Assembly: GCF_006345805.1 (NCBI RefSeq)
Contig: NW_021824782.1
Location: 1 to 17,621, forward strand
Length of the DNA: 17,621 nt
Origin: Octopus sinensis
Lineage: Eukaryota
Direction: 5' to 3'
Part shown: positions 1-11,468 of the stretch, one piece after another
How positions within the stretch are numbered: position 1 is the stretch's first letter
Layout of the letters: every line of letters starts with the position of its first letter
Translations under genes and position numbers: made by a program
The notes under the pieces: generated by a model
The model's input: only the letters and a program-made list of their open reading frames with translations
Database searches by the model: none
Told to the model about the DNA's origin: nothing

Positions 1-2168
1 GCCAGCCAGGATCCTGGAAGTTTGTCCATAGGTCCCGGGCCGAAAGTCTTTTGAAACAGGCGGTTCCGGTATTCCTCTTCGACGCCCAGGTTTGCCCCGA
101 GCTCGTCGTCGTACCTCCCCTCCACTAATCCCCTATAGAATGCTTTGGTTGTGTTGAAGTCACTCAAGGTCGACCCGTGACGGCAGAGTTGCTTGAGAGC
201 AACCGACACTCGCGGTCCATTCGCTCCTTCTTCTTCGGCCTCTTTTTGATCCACGACTGTAGTTCGGTCATGGAGACGAGTTGCAGGAATGCGTGTGCCT
301 CACAAACGGCGACCACACCTGTTCACCGTCGTCTACATAGAGCTGGAGATGTCGCAGTCTCAGCGCGTGTCTGCGCATCATCAACCACGGCATGCCCAGC
401 CCTCCTTTTAACGGGTGTTGACAGCAAATGGATCGCCTGACCATCGGACGCATCCTTTCCTTCCACAAGAAGGAAGAGGATGCGTTCTAGTTTGGTGATG
501 GTAGGGTCGGGACAAGGTACGACGGTCAGGCGGTAGTAGATGATGGACGCGATGTACGCGTTCCACCACCTCCGCCCGACCTTTTAGGGAAGTTTCCTCT
601 CGGCCATTGCTGGGCGAGAGTGACCACCCTACTCGTTATCTCGTTCCAGTTCTTCTCCATTTGGAGGTCCGGACCGAACCAGACCCCGAGCACTCACCCG
701 GGCCGTCTGTCCACGTCCCACGACGGAGGTACTGGTGGACGGCATGGGTTTGCTTCTCCAGGTGCCGAGCCGCAAGCCCACTGACTTTCCCGGTTGATTT
801 TTGCTCCTGTCACCCCACGCTCGTTATCTTTCAGTGTCTCGCCGACCCGCTCGATGTGCTCGTGGCTTGACAATATGACGGTGACGTCGTCCGCGTATGC
901 AGACACGCTCGTCCCGCATCCTAATTTCTCGCGGGATGGCCCCTCAGAGTCGCCAGCTTCCGCAGTAGTGGCTCAAGAGTCAATATGTATAGAAGCGCCG
1001 AGAGGGGGCATCCCTGACGGACCGAACGTGCAATGTCGAAGGGTCTCGATAGATGTCCATTTACACGAATTACCCGAACGGATGCCTCTGTACAGGTAGT
1101 GCAGCTATCCAGCCGCGGAAGACGGGACCGAAACCAGGCCGCCTCTCAGGACTGCCTCCAAGTATCGATGGTCTACCCTATCAAAGGCTTTCGATTGATC
1201 CTCGTTGATCAGGGCCCCACCCATGCCAGGTTCGTTAACTACCCTGTCATGATGTATCGCATCAATGGAGGTTGTCATGGATGCTCCAGCCCCGGCACGG
1301 CGCACGTTTGTGCGTTGTTGACCAGTTTCTCCATGACAAGCGCCAACCTCTTGGCTAACACCTTTGTCAAAATTTTCAGATCTGCATTGAGCAGAGTGAT
1401 GGCCTAAAGTTATCTATAATGTTTCCCTTGTTTGGATCTTTCTTCAGCAGAGTTACAGCTCCTCGACTCACAAAACCGGTATGCTCCCGTTTTGCGTCGC
1501 GTTGCTGCAGTTATACCGCGCCAAGACGTCTCCAAACAAGTCTGGCATACAATAGTAAAATTCGTAGGGTAGACCATCCAACCACAGTGATTTGTCCCTC
1601 GAGCATTCTGCCATCGCTTCCCTACTTCCGCCGCCGTGATGGCACCTTCGCAGCACCCTGCCCTTCTTGTCGAGAGTCGTGGCAGGCTATGTAGGTAGGC
1701 ACTGAAGTCTACCCTACGTTCTTGCCCTCCACTCGTCCCCGAACAGTCGGGCAAAATGCTGCTGAAAGGCCTCACACATTTTACTTGGCTCGAGCAATTC
1801 GCGCCCCCTGTTCATCTACCAGTGACCGAATGGTGGCTTTGTTGCCCTTTTGCGCCTCTGCCACCCGGCCCCACTCTCGCGGCTCCAACACCTTCGTTCC
1901 TTAGAGCACGCATCCTAGCTCTGACAGCACATCCTTCGTGTTTGGCGTTGAAGTGTTGGTCGAGGGCCAACCTCGCCGCCAAAACGTCGGATGCGATGCC
2001 GCTTCTAATTGCCTTCTTCTAGCTCTTAACTAGCTCACCCTCTACTCTATTTCTATCTATGGCTAGTGCTTTTGCTGTACCTAATCGCTTCTGCTTTTAC
2101 TGCTCTCTCTGAGGGCAAACCACCATTTATTGTTTTGTTGATGGGCTCCCGTCAAAGCCCTCTTTACT

Positions 2169-2179
2169 AGTGTGCTAAT
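2169..2179. repeat. Left target-site duplication of the SINE (AGTGTGCTAAT); right copy at 2507-2517
   Basis: An exact 11-bp direct repeat lies on both sides of the SINE. Confidence 0.9.
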
Positions 2180-2506
2180 GTGAGGGCGCGTGGCTTAGTG
2201 GTTAGGGCCATTCCGGCTCATGATCGTAAGGTTGTGAGTTCGATTCCCGGCGACGCGTTGTGTCCTTGGCAAGACACTTTATTTCACGTTGCTCCAGTCC
2301 ACTCAGCTGGCAAAAATGAGTTGTACTTGTATTTCAAGGGTCAGCCCTTGTCACTCTCTGTGTCACGCTGATTATCCCCGAGAACTACGTTAAGGTTACA
2401 CGTGTCTGTGGAATGCTCAGCCATTTGCACGTTAATTTCACGAGCAAGCTGTTCCGTTGATCGTATCGCTGGACCCTCGTCGTCGTAACCGGCGGAGTCT
2501 TTAAAA
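2180..2506 (+). mobile_element. tRNA-derived SINE with a CORE-like central domain, inserted antisense into ORF2 of copy C
   Basis: Pol III A box TGGCTTAGTGG (2191-2201) and B box GTTCGATTCC (2238-2247), followed by TGTGTCCTTGGCAAGACACTT...CAAAAATGAG, which resembles the CORE-SINE core. It ends in a short A run and is flanked by the direct repeat AGTGTGCTAAT. Removing it restores colinearity with copy B (RDRISTLVKRALTGA vs RNRISELIKRALTGA). Confidence 0.9.
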
Positions 2507-3355
2507 AGTGTGCTAATCCGGTCTCTGAAAACTTTTCCTGTCTGGACGGGAATGATGCGTTCAGTTTCCAGTACCCAGGACCCTGTCTATGTGCCTTATC
2601 TAAGTCTAGCGTACACGTCACCAATTTGTGATCCGTGTAGCTGACTGTGTGGAATTGTGGACATCCTAATTTATCCTTGTCTACTGTCCTACACAGTATC
2701 CTATCTAGATACGATCTCGACGACCCACTGCGGTTGCTCCATGTCCACGTTGGTGCATTTGGGTGGTCGGTCGGTACCTGTCAGACAGTTGGAATCGTCT
2801 GAGCAGGTCTCTGAGGCATTTGCATCCCCTTCTGTTTCTGTCTCTACCCACGTAGTCTACATGCGTGTCCAAGGTAGCATTCCAATCCCCCACTAAGAGT
2901 AAAGGACGAGACGTTTCCCAAGAATACTTCTAGACGTCGAAAGAAATCCGCCCGACCTGTTAAGGGCGGTGCGTAGACTGATACGAGTCGAAAAAGCGCA
3001 CCCATTGCTGCCGTCAACATCCAGAACGATCAGTCTACCCTCCGGTCTACGAATATCGTCTTGACTTCGAGATCCAGGCTCTTGTGAAAAAGTACCGCGG
3101 TGCCACTACCGCCCATCCTCGCAGACAGGAGCGAAATAAATGTTAAACTGTCCGCCAAACATGGACTTTAGGGCCCGTGGCTCGTGGAGTCTGGTCTCAC
3201 TTATGGCTATGATTCCCAAATCATGTGACTTGATGTCATTTAGGAGGTATCCTTGTTTCCAAGGAGACCCCAAGCCACGCGCATTCACACAACCAATCTT
3301 GACCATGATTCTATTGGGGTGTGTGCTTTAAAACACACAAATGAAGTACAGAGAG

Positions 3356-5088
3356 TTACTTACTTGTGTCGAAAGTTTTGGCTTCCTCGTTCTTTGATGT
3401 GTCTTCGAGGAGGTTTCTATATAGTTTTTGGGACAGATATTCTGGAAACCCCCTACACGCATTTGGAAGAGGGCTTTGAGTTTGTGGTGTTTGTGTTTGT
3501 GTGATGTGTAGTATTTTGATGTGTTTGGGTGGTGGTAGTGGCGTGGATGATTGCTATTTTTAAAGTCATCTTCACAAATGTTTGTGTATCCTGTGATGTA
3601 CTCCATTAGTTTGGAGTCTTTTGTGTCTATCGCTGATAGCATTGTTTTTGTGGTGTTGGTGCTTGTTTTGTTGTGTATGGAGTTTTCAGGGTTCAGGTAT
3701 CTCCCTGCTTTGGTTGCGATTTCTTGTTTGGTTTTTTCTTGATCTTTTTCTTTTTACCCCCTGTGGCTATTTGCCATTCTGTCGAACTTTCACATCGTTA
3801 GATGAAAAGTCTGACGAATCAGCAGGGGGCAAGGGTAAAGCGTCTGGGTGTGTTTGTGCGGTGTAGATATTGTTGTGGTGCGCGGGGAGGGTGTTGCTGG
3901 GGGTTTGTTGTGGTTTTGTCTCTCCTACATCCTTGGTGCTTGTCTTCTTCGTTGTTATTCTTGGTGTTGGAATTGGTTTATTTTGTTGTTGGTGGTGATG
4001 ATTCTGTTCTTGGCGCTGGTGTTGGTGTTGTTTGGTTGGGTTGGTTTGTTCTTTGTTGTTTTTTTTCCTGCATTTTCTGCATACAGCTTCTTGACTAGCT
4101 GTCCATATTGTGGTGTGGGCAATAATCCTGGCTTTTGTGATTTTTCCTGTGGCTGTTGTTGTTGTTGTAATTTTGCGGCAGATTTGCACTCCTTTTTGAG
4201 GTGTGCCTCACTGCCACATGTATAGTCATCGGCCTTCTGCCCTCGACTACTACGTATAACTTGCGGCCATCCTCAAGATGTACGTGGTGGGGTATTTATT
4301 TATGTCCTCTTGACTTATGTGGAAGAGGAACTCTATTCTCTTTCCCAGCCAGTCCTTGTTGTTTCCGAAACACCGATATCTAGGATGTTTATGTCCTCCA
4401 TTTCGGATGTTACGGCGGATGTAATCCACAGTGTTGTAGTCACTTTGGGGACACCACTGATAATGACTTTCGTCACCTTCTGGCCGAGGTAACTCGGTGT
4501 CAACGTTAGTTCGTCAGAATGAAGGGTTATCGTTGAGAATTTCTTCTTCTTTCTTCTTTCGCCCAACTCTTCATTCTGAAAAACACCTGTACGTGTGCGA
4601 ACTTGTTCGCCCAAGTCACACAATCTTGTACCCCAGATGGGGCGTAAACACTTTTTCGACTTTGTCTGTGCTTGCCTTTTCTGGACTTTTTGTTTTTTTA
4701 TTTGTGATTTTATATACAATTGTCTTTTTTTTCTCCTCATTCAGTATGTGCTGAGGTATGTGTAAGAGTATTTTTCCGTTTTGATTTGTAATAAGGTTTC
4801 TGCAATCTTTAATCTGTTGTGTAGTAAACGAAACTTTTGTTACCTTTTCTTTTATCGCCTCGGCGAAGTTTGTTGTTGTTTTGTTATTGTTGTTACTGCC
4901 GGTGGTGTTGGTGTTGATGGCAGGGGTGTGGGTTGTAGGTTTGTGGTTGCTGATTATGCAACTAGCAAGGGTGGAAAATTGCCTGCGTAATTTAGTCCTG
5001 CATTAGCGCAAATTTCGGCATTTCGTTTGCTTGTCGTCGTTATTTTTTTTCACTTGTTGGTGATGGAGTGAGCAGTGGTTGAAGGGAA

Positions 5089-5120
<32 letters not shown>

Positions 5121-5481
5121 GTTGTTTTTCTTGGTGACGGCGGTGGTGTTAGTAGTATTAGTAGCATTGACGGCACGGTCTTTGGTGGCACGGTCTTTGA
5201 TGGTGATGTTGGTATTGTTATTGGTGGCGACGTCTTTAGTAGGGATAGCAGTTTTAGTAGCAGATTCTGCATGGTTTGTTTGTCGTGTTGGTGGTGGTGG
5301 TGGACTCACTGATGGTGTTGACGGTGCTTGGCCTTGCGACCTTTGTTTTGTATTTGTTGCTGTTGTCGATGTTGATGGTGGCGGAGTTTTCAGGTTCAGC
5401 GTAAGGTAACAGAGCATCCTGTTTTTCTGCCTCTGCGTCACGGTTGACTTGCACCTCAGCCTCGTGGTGACCAGTGGCCAT
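3356..5481 (-). pseudogene. ORF1 (gag-like nucleic-acid-binding protein) of copy C, frameshifted
   Basis: Probable start is MATGHHEAEV at 5481, followed by a Thr/Asn-rich N-terminus. YLGQKVTKVIISGVP is homologous to YKNQRVSRITIRNVP of copy B. A zinc knuckle remnant xYTCGSEAHLKKEC lies near 4185-4225. The C-terminal MEYI..ICEDDFKNSNHP block matches copy B, and the ORF ends AGT AAG TAA at 3364-3356. Confidence 0.8.
5089..5126. repeat. (GTT)n trinucleotide microsatellite inside ORF1 of copy C
   Basis: About 12 near-perfect GTT units; encodes poly-Thr or poly-Asn on the minus strand depending on frame. Confidence 0.9.
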
Positions 5482-5686
5482 TTTGGAAATAAAATGGCTA
5501 AATGAAACCACGAAGGCTATGAGAATTTTTTTTTAAATTTTTGCCCACAAGGGGCAAAATTTTGTGTCGATATTTATCAAAGTTTACAGTGGATGTTGTT
5601 GCACAACTTTTAAACACAAATATTTCACAATAAATAATTTTCAAACGTACAAAATGACCAACTTACGTGGAGCCCATTTGACTAGC

Positions 5687-5710
5687 GTCCGTCCGTCCGT
5701 CCGTCCATAG

Positions 5711-5779
<69 letters not shown>
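5687..5779. repeat. (GTCC)5 followed by (AGAT)~18 microsatellite between the 5' end of C and the 3' end of B
   Basis: Read directly: GTCC x5 at 5687-5706, then ATAG AGATAGAT... to 5779. Confidence 0.95.
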
Positions 5780-5780
<1 letters not shown>

Positions 5781-5782
5781 CT

Positions 5783-5806
5783 TTTTATTGTAGCCACACA
5801 GGGCTA
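5783..5806 (-). promoter_or_regulatory. 3'-terminal stem-loop TAGCC-CTGTGT-GGCTA plus AATAAA of copy B; equivalents at 14315-14334, 17307-17325 and 17533-17552
   Basis: The same motif is at all four visible element 3' ends, a few nt before (TCTA)n. Its function is inferred, not shown. Confidence 0.7.
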
Positions 5807-6076
5807 AACACAGAATAAAAATGGACGAAATACAATGTAGAATTTTTTCTTTTCGAGGTGGGATGGGTGGGGCAAGAAAAAAAAAAAAAAAAACGTTTGA
5901 TCAATAGGGATCTGTGGGTTGTGTGGTGTATAAAAAACATATATATATATATATATAGGTTCACAGTTTAGGTGTTGTCTTGGAAAGAAAAACCTACAAA
6001 AAAGACCAAGGTCACCTCAGGCAATTCGAAAAAGAACACATGAGTAAGTCGCCTTACTTCTCGTTGTCTCTTTTGG

Positions 6077-9000
6077 TTACAGATTTATGCTTAAAATAGT
6101 GTCGTCTTTCATACTGACCATTTTTGCCACTTTTACCCCACTTTTTATAATAAAACATTCGTTCGACAAAGCCTTCCTCTCTATTCTCATCCTCCTTTTC
6201 AAGTGGTACTTGAAAAAGTTGACGAGAGACTGACCAGAGAGGAAGGTGTTTGTTTGCAGTCCTTTCAAACGCGTCCACCACACACATTCTTTCGCCATAG
6301 CCATCAGCGTAACGAAAACCGTTTTCCCTTCCCGTTTAAAGGAAGGTGGTGGAACAATATTCACAATAGACTCGGCCGATAGGCGAGCCTGACCTACACG
6401 TGACAACAGCTGTTCGACGAAGGACCACAGCTCTGAAATATCTGGACACTGCACGAGTGCGTGCAGAACGGTTTTCGTCGCTCTGACCGCATCTCGGGCA
6501 GGTCGGTCCGGTGATGGTTTTCGAACCGTGTCTGTAGCTCTTCTCTCGAACAGGTAGTGCGTCTCGATAGCACTGCCAAGCCAGGGATTTCTGGAAGTTA
6601 TCCATAGGCCCCCGGCCCGAACGACGTCGTCCTGAACAGCGGGTTAGGAATTCCTCGTCGACGCCCAGGTTTGCCCCGAGTGTGTCGTCGGACCTCCCCT
6701 CCACTAGTCCTCTATAGAACGCTTTAGTCGTTTGGAAGTTGCACAAGTTTGACCCCGTCGGCAGAGCTGCTGTAGAGCTTGGCGACACTCTCGGTGCCAA
6801 TCGCCCAGTTTCGGTCTCTTTTTGATCCACGTTTGCAGTTCGGTTAGTGAGACGAGCTGCGGGAAGTCGCGCCTCACAAACGGCGCCCACACCTGTCACA
6901 CCGTCGTCGATGAATTTCCAGAGATGTCGCAGTCTCAGCGCATGCCTGCGCATCATCAACCACGGCATGCCCAGTCCTCCATTCAACGGATGTTGACAGC
7001 AAATGGACTTCCTCCACCATCGGAACGCCACCCTTCCACAGGAAGCGGAAGAGTATGCGTTCCAGTTTGGTGATGGTGGCGTCGGGACAAGGTACGACGG
7101 TCAGCGGTAATCGATGACGGATGCGATGTACGCGTTCGCCACCTCCGCCCGCCCGCTTTTAGAGACAGCTTTCTCTCGGCCCATGTTTGGCTGAGAGCGA
7201 CCACTCTACTCGTGATCTCGTCCCAGTTCTTATCCATTTGGAGGTCCGGACTGAACCAGACCCCGAGCAATTTAAAACCGTCCGTCCGTCCAGCGTCCCA
7301 CTACTGAGCCGCAGTCGGACGGCATGGGCTTGCTTCTCCAGGTGCCGAGTAGCAAACCCACTGACTTTTCCGGGTTAATCTTTGCTCCCGTCACCGTTTC
7401 ATATTTTCTTAGTGTCTCGCCGACCAGCTCGATGTGCTGGTAGCTCGACACTATGACGGTGACATCGTCCGCATATGCCGACACGCTCGTCCCGCAACCC
7501 AGTTCCCGTGGGATGCCCCTCAGTGTCGCCAGCTTCCGCAGTAGCGGCTCGAGAGTCAATACATACAGAAGCGCCGACAGGGGACACCCCCTGACGGACC
7601 GAACGCGTGATGTCAAACGGTTTAGACAGGTGACTGTTTACCCGAATCACCGATCGGATGCCGCTATACAAGGCAGCGATCCAACCGCGGAAGACGGGAC
7701 CGAAGCCAGCCGCCCTGAGGACGGCCGCCAAGTACCGATGGTCGACCCTATCGAAGGCTTAGACTGATCCAAATTTATCAGCGCCCCACCCATGCCAGGA
7801 TCCTTAACTACCCTGTCCACAATGTAGCGCATCAGATGGAGGTTGTCATGTATGGTTCTGCCCGGCACGGCGCATGTTTGCGCCCTGTCGACCAGTTTAC
7901 CAATGACAAGTGCCAACCTCTCGGCTATTACTTTGGCCAAAATTTTCAAATCTGCGTTGAGCAGAGTGATGGGCCTGAAATTATCTATAAAATTCCCCTT
8001 GTTTGAGTCTTTCTTCAGCAACGTCACTGCACCTCGGCTCACGAAACCGGGGATTCTCCCGTTTTGTTGCCAGTTGCAGTAGACTGATGCCAAGAGTTCG
8101 CCAAACAAGTCTGGCATTCGACAATACAGCTCGTAGGGTAAACCATCCAATCCAGGCGACTTATCCCTCGCGCAGCCCGCCATCGCATCCCACACGTCAG
8201 CGGCTGTGATGGGACTTTCACAACACTCCGCCTCTCTTGCCGAGAGCCGCGGCAGTCGGTCAGGTAGGCACTGAAATCCATCCCTCGTTCCGACCCACCA
8301 CTCGCGCACAAACAGTCGAGCAAAGTGCTGTTGAAAGGCCTCACACATCCTTTCGGGTTCGAGTAAACTGCATCCCTGTTGATCTAGAGACCGAATGGTT
8401 GATCTGTTGCCACGCTGCGCCTCCGCTAACCCGGGCCCCTCGCGCAGCTTCAATCCTTCGTTCCTTAAGGCACGCATTTTAGCTCTGACGACGCAACCTT
8501 CGTGCTTGGCGTTGAGGTGTTGGTCGAGGGCCATCCTCGCAGCTAGCACGTTGGTTGCGCTGCCATGGTAAGTGCCTCTTCTAGTTTCTTAACTAAGTCT
8601 CCCTCTACTCTATTTCGTTCTATCGCTAATTCCTTGCTAAACCTAATTGATTCCGATTTTATTGCCATTTTCAGGGTACCACCAGCGGTTGTTAACGACC
8701 GCTCCCGTCAGCGCCCTCTTAATTAACTCGCTAATCCGGTTCCTGTAAACCTGTCGCGCTAACAGCGACGTGTTCAGTTTCCAGTAACCGGGACCCTGCC
8801 TATGTGTTTTATCTAAGTCGAGCGTACACGTAACAAATTTGTGATCTGTGTAGCTGACTATTTTAAATTGTGGACATCCTACACTATCCTATCCGCTGTC
8901 CTGCATAGAATTCTATCTAGATAAGATCTCGACGATCCGACGCGGTTTGTCCAAGTCCACATTGGCACGTTCGGATGGTCGAGTCGGAACCTGTCAGACA

Positions 9001-9531
9001 AATGGAAACGTCTGAGCAGGTCTTTGAGGCTCTTACAACCCCCTTCTATTCCTATCCCTTCCCACATAATCTAGATGCGTGTCCAAGGTAGCGTTCCAAT
9101 CCCCTACTAACAGTAAAGGTCTAGACGTACCCAGGAAAACCTCTAGACGTCTGAAGAAATCCGCCCGACCCGTTAAGGACGGTGCATAAACTGCCATCAG
9201 ACGGAATGCACACCCATTTCCTGCCATCCACGTCCAAGACAACCAGCCTACCCTCCGGGTCTAGGAATATTGCTCTTACTTTTACCTTTAGACTCTTTCG
9301 AAAAAGGACCGCAGTACCTTCACCACCCATGTTCGGCAGACAGGGAGAAAAATAAATGTCAAATTGATTGCCAAACATGGACTCGAGGGCCCGCGGCTTA
9401 CTGAGTCTGGTTTCACTGATAGCTACTATATCCACGTCCAGTGACTTGATGTCGTTTAGAAGGTAACCTTGCTTCCAAGCCGACGCCAAGCCACGCGCAT
9501 TCACACAACCTAATTTAAGCATACTTGACAT
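6077..9531 (-). pseudogene. ORF2 (APE + RT + C-terminal Cys/His motif) of copy B, broken by several 1-nt indels as sequenced
   Basis: APE motifs: MLKLGCVNARGL, ISETRL, VYAPS, LLLVGDWNA, SYLDRIL, YTDHK, GYWKLN. RT motifs: KSPGLDGLPYELY, FRPITLLNADLKILAKV, DQSK.., QG/CPLSALLY, SAYADDVTV, GAKINPEKSV. C-terminal CPRCGQSDE...QCPD. Stop at 6077-6079. Confidence 0.92.
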
Positions 9532-9588
9532 TTACGAAAATTGTGTTTTACACACTATATTAGAAGAGACAAGAGGCAAGAAGTGAGG

Positions 9589-11468
9589 TCACTTACTCAT
9601 TTTAAAAGTTTCATTTTTTTCTTCTTCTTTTGTATCGTTTTTGATGAGGTGTTTGTATAGTTTTTTCGACAGGTATCGTTGATACCCGCCTACCGCATTC
9701 GGAAATAATGTTTTAAGTATGTGGTGTTGTGCTTGTGTTATGTGTAAAATTCTGATGTGTTTCGGTGGTGTGGTGTGCGGATGATTGTTTGTCTTAAAAT
9801 CATCTTCACAGACGACCATGTTAGATTTGATGTAGTCCATTAATTCTTTATTGTCTGTGTCTATTGCAGTTAGTTGTGTGTGTGGTTTTATGGGTTCATT
9901 ACTTTTTTGATTGTCTAGGGGGATGTTGTCCTGAGTTAGATATCTCCCTGCTTTAATTCCTTGTTTGGTGGATTTTTTGGATCTTTTTCTTTTACCCCTT
10001 GTGGCTATTCCATTCCGTTTCGTCGAACTTTCTCGTCCGACGTATCAGTATGGGGTAGAGGAAAAAGAACAGGATCACTATGTATGCTTGTATAAATTGT
10101 TGATGTTTTGTGCGGTGTTTGTGTTGTTGTGGTGTTAGGGGTAGCATTTGTCTTCTCGTCAGTGTTTTCTGTCTTTTTAATTGTCGTCCTGGGTGTGGGC
10201 GTGGGTCAATTTTTTGTTAATTCAACAGGTTTAATTGGTTGTGAAGTCAACGGTGATTGTGTTGGTACTGTTTTTCTTGGTGATGTTGTTGGGGTTTGTC
10301 TGCTGGTTTGTTGTTTTTCTTGGCGTTGTTCCATAATTGAGTGTGTTGGTGTTGGCAACAAAGGGATTTTATTTGTTTTCTGAATTGTTCTTTCTTGTTT
10401 TTTCTGTACCAGATCGCACTTGGCAATCAAATGTTCGGGGCTGCCACATTTGTAGCATCTAGGCTTTTTGCCTTCTGCCATAACATATAGGCATTGCCCA
10501 TTCTCCAAGTATATCTTGTCGGGTAGGCTCTCGATAGAGGCCCCCTCAATCTGGATGGTCACTACTACTGTTTTTCCACCCCAATTGTCGTTTAGGTACA
10601 CGGCTGTTTCTAGAATATTGATCTTTTTCAAGTGGTAACAGATTGCCCCTGTTATCCATTTGTTCGGCATATCGGGGGGTACATTTCTGATAGTAATTCT
10701 ACTCACCCTCTGGTTTTTATAATAAGGGACCATGATGATTTCATCATTTCCCAGAGACTCAGTAGAGTGAGCTTTTGCCACTTCCTGGTTAGGGAAGCGG
10801 ACCACTACTGTGTTAAACTGGGGACCCCAGTTTATATACTCTTTTTCTTTCATTATGTTTTTTAAACATTTCTCCACATCAGTTTTTGTAATCTGTTCAT
10901 TTGGTTTTTTGTTTTTTCTAATAATTTTATATACAATTGTCTTATTTTCAATTTCTTGTTTTATATGTTGAGGTGTATGCAGGACTAAATCTTGTCCACG
11001 GGTTGTAAAGAGAGCTCTTGTTTCTATGAGCTCTTCATTTGTGAATGTAACAATCTCCTTTTTCTGGCGAAGAATGTCTGCGAAATTTACTGATGTTGTT
11101 GACTTTTTTGTATTGGCATCTTCACTATTAGATAGTTCATTTTTATTGTTGTTCTTGTTGTTGCTGTTGTTTTTGTCAATAGTTTTCGTTTCAGTTTTAT
11201 TTTTATCATTTATGTTGGTCGTGGTAGTGGTGGTGGTGGAGGTGGTGGTGGTAGCAGTTGTTGTCTCGTGGTTGCTGTTGTTAGTGGTGGTGGTGGCGGT
11301 GGTGACAGGGCTGTTAACGCACGTGGTTGCAGCGTTCATCTCACCGAATTTCACGTTGGCATTTTCCGTGCGAACGTTCTTTTTTTTTTTCTCTGTCGTT
11401 TCCAGACTAGGAAAATTTTGTTCCATAAAAGAACGCGACCAGCGTTCAACAATAAAATTTCTAGACAT
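9589..11468 (-). pseudogene. ORF1 of copy B (~625 codons); open for 420 aa (11468-10206), then an in-frame TGA and a frameshift before the C-terminal block
   Basis: Thr/Asn low-complexity N-terminus, an RRM-like region (VSRITIRNVPPDM) and a CCHC knuckle CYKCGSPEHLIAKC (CX2CX4HX4C). The sequence after the TGA (PTPTPRTTIKK...IYTSIHSDPVLFPLP) still matches ORF1 of copy C. It ends ATG AGT AAG TGA at 9600-9589. Confidence 0.85.

Larger units (their letters stand above)
1..3306 (-). pseudogene. ORF2 (APE endonuclease + reverse transcriptase) of copy C, fragmented
   Basis: ORF fragments contain GCVNARG, ISETRL, GDWNA, YTDHK and GPGYWKLN (APE), and DGLPYEFY, DQSKAFDRVDH, VRQGCPLSALLY (about 994-1022) and SAYADDVTV (RT). 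It has many 1-nt indels and a SINE insertion at 2180-2506. Confidence 0.9.
1..5706 (-). mobile_element. Tx1-like (L1 clade) non-LTR retrotransposon, copy C; 5' end present, 3' end outside window; frameshifted and SINE-interrupted
   Basis: Minus strand shows a 5'UTR, an ORF1 remnant (5481-3356) and ORF2 starting at 3306 (MVKIGCVNARG) with endonuclease and RT motifs continuing to the window edge. The 5' boundary abuts (GTCC)5/(AGAT)n. Confidence 0.9.

Noticed and set aside
2183-2256. Possible tRNA gene (CAT in an anticodon-like loop)
   Set aside because: The acceptor stem does not close properly, there is no terminator after the tRNA-like part, and it continues into a SINE body bounded by a TSD.
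5780-5800. Target-site duplications for the LINE copies
   Set aside because: The flanks are tandem repeats, so a TSD cannot be distinguished from the repeat itself.
7278-7291. Internal CCGTCCGTCCGTCC resembling the (GTCC)5 at the 5' end of copy C
   Set aside because: It corresponds to the coding W-T-D-G codons present in all copies, so the match is coincidental.
10420-10465. CCHC zinc knuckle suggesting retroviral or LTR-element gag
   Set aside because: There are no LTRs, PBS, protease or integrase, and the downstream ORF is APE-RT. Zinc knuckles are normal in Tx1-type ORF1.
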